A stretch of DNA of 64,000 bases from Coraliomargaritaceae bacterium (GTDB lineage Bacteria > Verrucomicrobiota > Verrucomicrobiia > Opitutales > Coraliomargaritaceae), in NCBI GenBank assembly GCA_965656495.1, contig CBFHKU010000002.1, forward strand, positions 96,001 through 160,000. Direction: 5' to 3'. Below, piece by piece: positions 57,706 through 64,000 of this stretch. The translations under genes and the position numbers were made by a program. Under the pieces are notes generated by a model. That model searched no databases and was not told the DNA's origin. It worked only from the letters and a program-made list of their open reading frames with translations. The first letter of the stretch is position 1; every line of letters starts with the position of its first letter.

Positions 57706-59160
57706 CTACTTCTTTGATTTCTTATTCTTTTTTCTTTTAGAAGCCATTGGTTCACCGGGCTCACCGGCTCCTCCTTCTTGAAACTCAAGCTGGAAATTCC
57801 GCTCTTCGAGATCTGAGGCATCCCCGGCTGGGCGACTCGTTGATTCAAGCTCAGCCATAAATCGATCCATCTGTTTCTTAAGCAATTCAGCAATTTCCGG
57901 ATGCTCACTGGATACATCGCTGGTCTCCCCGATATCGTCATTCAGGTTATAGAGGGTGCCTGCTTCAGCCGGTTTGTATGCGCCCCAATCCTGTTCCTTT
58001 TTCTTATTATACGGAGTCTGCGTCTTAAAATAATACTTCCAGCCATCATGAATGATCGTCGATCCGGGAACGATTTGCAGATCGCGCAACGCTTGACCAC
58101 TAGCGTCCCCCATCAACTGCGGCAACACATTGACTCCATCGATCACGCGATCCAGTGGCACTTCGAGTCCAGCAAGCACACAGAACGTGGGAAGCATATC
58201 GATAATGCCGATCATCGCGTCGCTTTTAGCATCCGTCTGAACTTTACCGGGCCAGCGTATGATAAAGGGCACACGAACGCCCCCCTCGAAGTCGGTCCAC
58301 TTCCCGTCACGCAAGGGGCCGGTCAGTCCAACATCAAACTTACGTTGCCGTTCAACAGGAGGTCCGTTGTCCGAAGTAAACACCACAATCGTGTTCTCTT
58401 CCAAGCCGAGTTCGACCAAGGCATCCATCAACTGTTCAAACTGCCAGTCGATCTCGTGAATGACATCACCGTAGTCACCTCGCTGAGAGCTTCCTTTAAA
58501 TTGCTCCGAGGGAAAATACGGCGCGTGTGGAAGTGGATCTGAATACAATAGAAAGAAAGGTTCGTCCTTATTTTGCCCCATGAAATCAACTGCGGCCTTC
58601 ACCATACCGGGAGCCTGGCCTGCGGTTTTCTTGGTTGGCACGATGAGTTGTTTTCGGTTTTCAACCAACGAAACATCTTCGGTTCCTTCGGTGGCTTTGA
58701 GAAAGCCATAGAAATAATCAAAGCCATGATTTAAGGGATGAAACGGCTCCCACTCACCCAAATGCCATTTACCAATCAGTGCAGTTTGATACCCCGCCGT
58801 TTGCAACAACTCAGGCAATGTGATTTCAGATGGGTTCAAACCAATCGGCCCATCCCGATATTTATATACAACATTGGGCAATCCCACTCGATGCGCGTAG
58901 GAACCGGTCATAAAAGCCGCACGTGTCGCCGAACAGCGCTGATGAACATAAAAACTCGAGAAGCTCGTGCCTTCTTTTGCCAGTTTATCGATCGCCGGCG
59001 TCGATTGCCCTTCCGCTCCATAGCAACTGACATCACCATAACCGAGGTCATCCGTGAGATAGAACAGGATGTTCGGCTTCTCCGCCGCAGGTCGCACAGT
59101 CTGTTTAGCCCATAAGGGTGTGAGAGCAAACGCCGCAAGCAATAGGTAACAGACTTTCAT
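57706..59160 (-). CDS. S1 arylsulfatase-like sulfatase (CxAxR variant) with poly-Lys tail
   Basis: KPNILFYLTDDLGYGD, CSATR, GKWHLG and FTSDNG; ends SKRKKNKKSKK. Confidence 0.9.
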   Translation of the reverse strand: MKVCYLLLAAFALTPLWAKQTVRPAAEKPNILFYLTDDLGYGDVSCYGAEGQSTPAIDKLAKEGTSFSSFYVHQRCSATRAAFMTGSYAHRVGLPNVVYKYRDGPIGLNPSEITLPELLQTAGYQTALIGKWHLGEWEPFHPLNHGFDYFYGFLKATEGTEDVSLVENRKQLIVPTKKTAGQAPGMVKAAVDFMGQNKDEPFFLLYSDPLPHAPYFPSEQFKGSSQRGDYGDVIHEIDWQFEQLMDALVELGLEENTIVVFTSDNGPPVERQRKFDVGLTGPLRDGKWTDFEGGVRVPFIIRWPGKVQTDAKSDAMIGIIDMLPTFCVLAGLEVPLDRVIDGVNVLPQLMGDASGQALRDLQIVPGSTIIHDGWKYYFKTQTPYNKKKEQDWGAYKPAEAGTLYNLNDDIGETSDVSSEHPEIAELLKKQMDRFMAELESTSRPAGDASDLEERNFQLEFQEGGAGEPGEPMASKRKKNKKSKK

Positions 59161-59169
59161 GGGGACTCC

Positions 59170-60567
59170 TTATTTCGATTTCTTTTTCTTATCCTTTTTC
59201 TGCTTCTGCTCTCTCTTCAACTGCTTCACATCGACAAACGAAAACGCATCGCCCATGCGTTCCATATCGGCTTGGAGCTGGGCATGCATCTCGGCAACGA
59301 CCTGCGCATATTCAGGATTCTCTGCCAAATTCTCCAACTCCCATGGGTCTTTATTGATATTATAGAGCTCGAACTCAGGATGCTTTAACACACGGTTTAC
59401 CTGCGCTTGCGCATCGGGATCTGATTCAGCAGCAATTAGCCATTCTCTCCAAACACCACCAAAGAACTTCGAGCTCTTGGGGTTCATCAAAACATCCACG
59501 TAATACTCCTTCTCCTGCTCAGGGCTCCAAATAAGCTTGTATTCCTTCGTGCGGATCGCTCGTTGAGCATACCCCGCGATTTGGTGAACCAAGAAGGCAT
59601 TGCGGCGATGCTCCGAGGTTTCCCCTTTCAGCACTGGCAGCAGACTTTTGCCATCCACACTCGGAGCGGGTCCACCCGCGATATCGACGATGGTGGGAAC
59701 GATATCGCAATACATGCCAACGGCCTCCGTCACCGCAGGCTTGAATTTACCTGGCCAGCGCACCACACACAAGGCTCTGGTGCCGAAATCATAGATCGAG
59801 TATTTACCCATCGGTAAAGCGGATCCTTGTTCACTGAGGAAGATCAAGACCGTGTCGTCCGCTAGGTTCATCTCGTCGAGCAGCTGCATCGTTGCACCCA
59901 CCTGATCGTCCAGCTCTTCGACTTCAGCAGCATGTATCGCCAACGCCTCGCGGGTCACCGGTGTGTCCACCATGTGAGGCGGAACGACAATTTGATCCAA
60001 TGGAAAATTCGACGGATCCCCCGTCGTCCACGGGTGGTGCGCATCCACCGAAGCGATCACCACACAAAACGGCGACTGCTCGGCTTGGGCATTCTCAATA
60101 AATCCTTTAACGCCACTCAGTTCCCAAGTCGGCGCCTTATCATTCGCATTCCCCGTGAAGCCGGGGATCATGGGAAAATTCGTCGGCCCGTGAAAATGAA
60201 GTTTACCGGCCAGACCAACCTTATATCCCAGCGCGCCCATGAAATCGACCATGTTGTCAAATCCGGCACGTGGCTTATAACCATTGCCATACACGCCACT
60301 GGTGGGCGGCAGTAAGCCCGTATACAATTCATGCCGTGCGGGCGCACAAGTCGCAGCCGCCACTGAAAAGTTCTGAAAGCGCACCCCTTGCGTCGCAAGC
60401 GTATCGATATTGGGAGTCCGCGTGAATAGACCCGCTTCGGAACAGCCAAAGCTGGACCAACTCACGTCGTCCGCCAAAACGATCACCACGTTTGGCTTCT
60501 CTGCGGAAAATAACGTGGAAACGGATAGTAATGCGATTCCAGCGCCGGTTATGAGTGTTCTTAGCAT
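59170..60567 (-). CDS. S1 sulfatase (N-sulfoglucosamine-sulfohydrolase-like) with poly-Lys tail
   Basis: KPNVVIVLADD, CAPAR, GKLH, HHPW and SEQG; ends KQKKDKKKKSK. Start taken as ATG 60567, which follows GAGGA. Confidence 0.88.
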   Translation of the reverse strand: MLRTLITGAGIALLSVSTLFSAEKPNVVIVLADDVSWSSFGCSEAGLFTRTPNIDTLATQGVRFQNFSVAAATCAPARHELYTGLLPPTSGVYGNGYKPRAGFDNMVDFMGALGYKVGLAGKLHFHGPTNFPMIPGFTGNANDKAPTWELSGVKGFIENAQAEQSPFCVVIASVDAHHPWTTGDPSNFPLDQIVVPPHMVDTPVTREALAIHAAEVEELDDQVGATMQLLDEMNLADDTVLIFLSEQGSALPMGKYSIYDFGTRALCVVRWPGKFKPAVTEAVGMYCDIVPTIVDIAGGPAPSVDGKSLLPVLKGETSEHRRNAFLVHQIAGYAQRAIRTKEYKLIWSPEQEKEYYVDVLMNPKSSKFFGGVWREWLIAAESDPDAQAQVNRVLKHPEFELYNINKDPWELENLAENPEYAQVVAEMHAQLQADMERMGDAFSFVDVKQLKREQKQKKDKKKKSK

Positions 60568-60719
60568 GATTTTGTGTCCTCTATTCACCTTATATATTTA
60601 TAACGGATTAAGAATTCGGTTGAATTAGTGAATTTTCTAAAACGGATCCTGTCGACTCTCCGATGCCCCTTCATTTCCAGATTTCAACAGACAGCTAACT
60701 TTCTATCGATCGAAGCGCT

Positions 60720-62177
60720 TTATTGTTTCTTTTTACCTTTCTTCTTTGCAGCTTTTGCTTTTTCCTGCGCGGCCTTATATGCCGCATGCCCTTCATCGAA
60801 CGGCGCTTCGAGTGAATTGGTGTCCAAGTCTTTCTGGAATCGTTCCATCGCACGCGTTAGCGCTTCCACGACTTCAGGGTATTGCGCAGAGACATCGTTC
60901 GTTTCGCCGATGTCCGAGCGTAAGTCATAGAGCCCGGCATTCTTCCCGGTCATCAGCTTAAAGCGGTCGTTGCGCGCAGCCGTAATCTTTGGCGTATTGC
61001 CTGCATAGTAGAGATACTCATGCGGCGACTTCTCACCCGGCAAACACTGCATGATCAGGAAGATGTTTTTGCCATCGATCTTCTGCGGTGTCTCCGGATT
61101 GATTCCTGCCAATGCGGCGTAGGTCGGAAAGATGTCCATGAGCGAGGCCATCTCGCCGGTCTCTTTACCAGCAGGCAATGTCCCCGGCCAGCTAACAACG
61201 AACGGCACGCGCACGCCCCCTTCTCGAGCACTGCCCTTCCAGCCGTCCAGCGGCAGGTTCGAGCCCATCTCAGTATAACCACCTGGATCCGGCTTTGAGT
61301 CAGCCCCATTGTCTGAAGTAAAGGCGATAATCGTGTTCTCCGCGATACCATTTGCTCGAAGCGCTTTCATGACCTCGCCCACTGACCAATCGATTTCCTC
61401 GATCATGTCTCCATAGAGACCGTGTGCGCTATGCCCACGGAAAGAGGCATCCACCGTGTAAGGGTGATGCGGTGTGCCGTGGGCAATATAGAGGAAGAAA
61501 GGCTTATCTTTATGCTCTCCAATAAATTTAACGGCCTCCTGCGTATAACGCTTGGTTAGTTGGGTAATGTCAGTTGGCCACTCGATGACCTTATCATCGC
61601 GCATCAGGATCGTTGAGCGCCCATGAATGCCTTTTCCTTGATCCGCCCAATAATCTTCGATCGTGAATCCGCCCGTCGGTTCAAAGCCATCCGCCACCGG
61701 TAGCTTGTGCGTCTTGGCATCGCCGTGGTTGGTTCCGGGAACGCCGAAGTATACGTCGAAGCCCTGATCCGTCGGCAGATAGCCAACCGTATGCCCCAAG
61801 TGCCACTTACCGATCAAGGCGCTGGTGTAACCTTTTTCCTTCAGCATTTCCGGAATCGTGACGGTCTCCTTCACCAAGCCCGTAGAGGAATTCGGATAGA
61901 CGATCGAACCGACCCCCACACGGAAATTGTAGGCACCACTCATAAGACAGGCACGTGCCGGCGAGCACTTGTGCCGTGCATAAAAGTCCGTAAAGCGCAC
62001 CCCTTCATCCGCCAAGCGGTCGATGTTCGGCGTTTTAATGGTCGGGTGCCCATAGCAGCCCAAATCACCATAGCCCTGATCATCAGTCATGATGAAAATG
62101 AAGTTCGGCAAATCCTTCGCGTATGCAGCTGTGCTCGCGAAGGCGGCTGCCAAAATGGATATTCTTTTTAAAATCAT
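60720..62177 (-). CDS. S1 arylsulfatase-like sulfatase with poly-Lys tail
   Basis: PNFIFIMTDDQGYGD, CSPAR, GKWHLG, FTSDNG and EGGVRVP; ends KAAKKKGKKKQ. Confidence 0.92.
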   Translation of the reverse strand: MILKRISILAAAFASTAAYAKDLPNFIFIMTDDQGYGDLGCYGHPTIKTPNIDRLADEGVRFTDFYARHKCSPARACLMSGAYNFRVGVGSIVYPNSSTGLVKETVTIPEMLKEKGYTSALIGKWHLGHTVGYLPTDQGFDVYFGVPGTNHGDAKTHKLPVADGFEPTGGFTIEDYWADQGKGIHGRSTILMRDDKVIEWPTDITQLTKRYTQEAVKFIGEHKDKPFFLYIAHGTPHHPYTVDASFRGHSAHGLYGDMIEEIDWSVGEVMKALRANGIAENTIIAFTSDNGADSKPDPGGYTEMGSNLPLDGWKGSAREGGVRVPFVVSWPGTLPAGKETGEMASLMDIFPTYAALAGINPETPQKIDGKNIFLIMQCLPGEKSPHEYLYYAGNTPKITAARNDRFKLMTGKNAGLYDLRSDIGETNDVSAQYPEVVEALTRAMERFQKDLDTNSLEAPFDEGHAAYKAAQEKAKAAKKKGKKKQ

Positions 62178-62189
62178 AATTTTCGTTTC

Positions 62190-63731
62190 CTATGACTTCT
62201 TGTTCTTCTTGTTCTTCTTTTTCGTCCGTTTCTCCGATTTACCGGAGTCCCCTGTCGGCGCCTTGCCGTTGCCCAGCTCCGCAACAGGTGGCATCTTCAC
62301 CGCCGGATCAAAGAGGACGTAGCTTTCAGAAGCATTCGGATTGGGCTTGGGTAGAAGCGCACCCACACGCTTGTGATAGGAATCCAGTTCTGCCTGCAGG
62401 CTTTGCGCCTTTTCCGGCATCTGCTTTGTAATGTTAGTGACCTCACCGATGTCCTTTTTCAAATCATACAAATACGGCTCCGGTAGCTCATAAAAATCAA
62501 ACAGCTTGTAGTTGTCCTTAATAATCACCGAGTGAGGCGTCGTGTTGCGATGGTGCGGATAATGAAAGAAGAGCGCCCGCTCTTTAAAACCATCGACATT
62601 ACCGCCGGTCACGATCGGCAGGATACTGACGCCATCCACATTTTCGAGACGGTCTACCTTACCACCGGCAATCTCATAGAACGTCGGCATGAAGTCGTAG
62701 CCAACGACGTTGAGGCTACTACGCGAGCCGGCAGCGATACCGGGACCGCTCATGCTCATCGGCACACGAATGCCGCCCTCCCAGAGCCACCATTTTTCAC
62801 CACGCAGGATTCGATCTTCGCCGTTAAAAAGCCCCTTACCGTTGTCGGACGTAAACACGATGTAGGTATTGTCGCGGATTCCGAGCTCGTCGAGCTTGGC
62901 CATCACCATCCCGATCGAGGTATCCATATCTTCGATCGCGGCCGCATGCGACGCCACTTCTCGAGTAGCAGGGTTGCCCAAGGCTTTTATCTCCGGATTG
63001 CTGGTGTATTTTTCGAGCGTCTCCGGTAAGCTCATCTGTTGGTTGTGCTCTGCATAGTGCGAGATCTGAACAAAGAAGGGCTTCTCGTCCGCGGCCTGGC
63101 GCTCGATAAAGTCGATACTGCTGCGGGTCATGCTGAAAATGCGCTTCGGATCCCTCGGGTCCTTACAGAGGTTCGGGCCTCCCTCGGCATTCGAGGTTTC
63201 GCCATCGCTCTCGTCATAGCCACAGGCTTCCGGGCCACCGCCGTAAACATGCCATTTACCGAAGTGCGCAGTCGCATAGCCCTGCTCTTTCAACACATGC
63301 GCAATGGTCTTAAAATTGGGATTCAGCGAGCCCATGGGCTCTGGCTCAAGAAATGGAGCGCCTTTCGCTTTCTCGATGTAATTGACCTCAAAGGTGCAGT
63401 CCTCACCAAAGTTACCATTCCCACTAAACCGGGTGCGCGCGGCGGTCTTGCCCGTTTGAATACTACAGCGTGAGGGCGCACACATCCCCGCCGCTGAATA
63501 GGCATTGGAGAAAATCATGCCATCACGACCAATCGCATCAATATTGGGCGTATTACGCCACTTCATCGCAGAGGCGGCATAGCCGACCTCCTGCTCGGTG
63601 GCCGTTCCATACCACGGCATGTCATCCACCAGTATAAAAACGATATTGGGCTTCGTCGCTGCAGCAAGCGCACTTCCAACACAAAGCGCAGCAACCATGA
63701 GCCATTGGATATTTTTAGGGCAAAACTTCAT
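62190..63731 (-). CDS. S1 sulfatase with poly-Lys tail
   Basis: KPNIVFILVDD, CAPSR, GKWH and FTSDNG; ends KRTKKKNKKNKKS. Likely start 63731. Confidence 0.9.
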   Translation of the reverse strand: MKFCPKNIQWLMVAALCVGSALAAATKPNIVFILVDDMPWYGTATEQEVGYAASAMKWRNTPNIDAIGRDGMIFSNAYSAAGMCAPSRCSIQTGKTAARTRFSGNGNFGEDCTFEVNYIEKAKGAPFLEPEPMGSLNPNFKTIAHVLKEQGYATAHFGKWHVYGGGPEACGYDESDGETSNAEGGPNLCKDPRDPKRIFSMTRSSIDFIERQAADEKPFFVQISHYAEHNQQMSLPETLEKYTSNPEIKALGNPATREVASHAAAIEDMDTSIGMVMAKLDELGIRDNTYIVFTSDNGKGLFNGEDRILRGEKWWLWEGGIRVPMSMSGPGIAAGSRSSLNVVGYDFMPTFYEIAGGKVDRLENVDGVSILPIVTGGNVDGFKERALFFHYPHHRNTTPHSVIIKDNYKLFDFYELPEPYLYDLKKDIGEVTNITKQMPEKAQSLQAELDSYHKRVGALLPKPNPNASESYVLFDPAVKMPPVAELGNGKAPTGDSGKSEKRTKKKNKKNKKS

Positions 63732-63983
63732 AAATAATTTTCTACATGAGTATGTTGTAACGAGCATTTGACTATCCCTTGCACATTTTGAGCACCGTCT
63801 TTCAAATCACCCATGTACTGACGAAGGCCTGCCAGAAATAGAAAATTCAGCGGGCCGCTTCTTAGTAGAGTATCGCGTCCAAAAGTCCTCAGAATCGATG
63901 ATTCTTATAACTCTTAAACACCCCACCCCACATATCCCAATATGAAAATGAGCAACCGCACACAGCTGTTTTGAATATAACTT

Positions 63984-63992
63984 AATATCTCA
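63984..63992 (-). promoter_or_regulatory. Possible extended -10 element of a seventh regulon cassette cut by the window edge
   Basis: Minus strand TGA-GATATT matches the TGn-GAnnnT element of copies 2-6 and points into the 63731-51796 gene run. Confidence 0.35.
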
Positions 63993-64000
63993 TGTCGGCT

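Noticed and set aside
1..64000. tRNA, rRNA, integrase, transposase or prophage genes
   Set aside because: None recognised by eye or in the ORF track; tRNAscan/Infernal were not run.

Overview
Bacterial carbohydrate-catabolism region. I infer Verrucomicrobiota (Opitutales; Coraliomargarita/Lentimonas-like) from the PEP-CTERM-type protein, the giant Verru_Chthon-A-like pilin, the TonB receptor without a SusD partner and the density of sulfatases; this was not checked against a database. Layout: (1) 0.2-2.2 kb: GspF/PilC-family platform protein and a PEP-CTERM-like protein. (2) 2.4-11.5 kb: two AraC-regulated sugar modules. One is rhaA-rhaM-NCS1-like permease plus a 58-aa membrane peptide missed by the ORF track; the other is an rhaT-family transporter plus a FucI/AraA-family isomerase. 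An AAA-ATPase/nuclease gene flanked by a 102-bp direct repeat separates them, and a Fic-MerR gene follows. (3) 12.8-24 kb: Tat FAD oxidoreductase, CstA, a ROK repressor and a divergent Gfo/Idh/MocA-DUF1080-Nramp-like-Gfo/Idh/MocA-TIM-barrel operon resembling the 3-keto-glycoside pathway. (4) 24.4-64 kb: a sulfated-polysaccharide locus with nine Cys-type sulfatases, a GH106-like rhamnosidase, two beta-helix proteins, an esterase, DUF1080, oxidoreductases, a TonB-dependent receptor and an orphan 1276-aa pilin-like protein with a partner. The most striking unannotated structures are these. First, six copies of a rigidly spaced promoter cassette, TTGGCG-N15-TTGGCG-N7-CCAAG-N17-TGn-GAnnnT, define a regulon, and a seventh copy is predicted just past the window end. 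Second, two sulfatase paralog pairs each have one compact member ending in a poly-Lys tail and one multidomain member ending in a shared ~110-aa C-terminal module, suggesting a two-address sorting system. No rRNA, tRNA, CRISPR array or transposase was seen.
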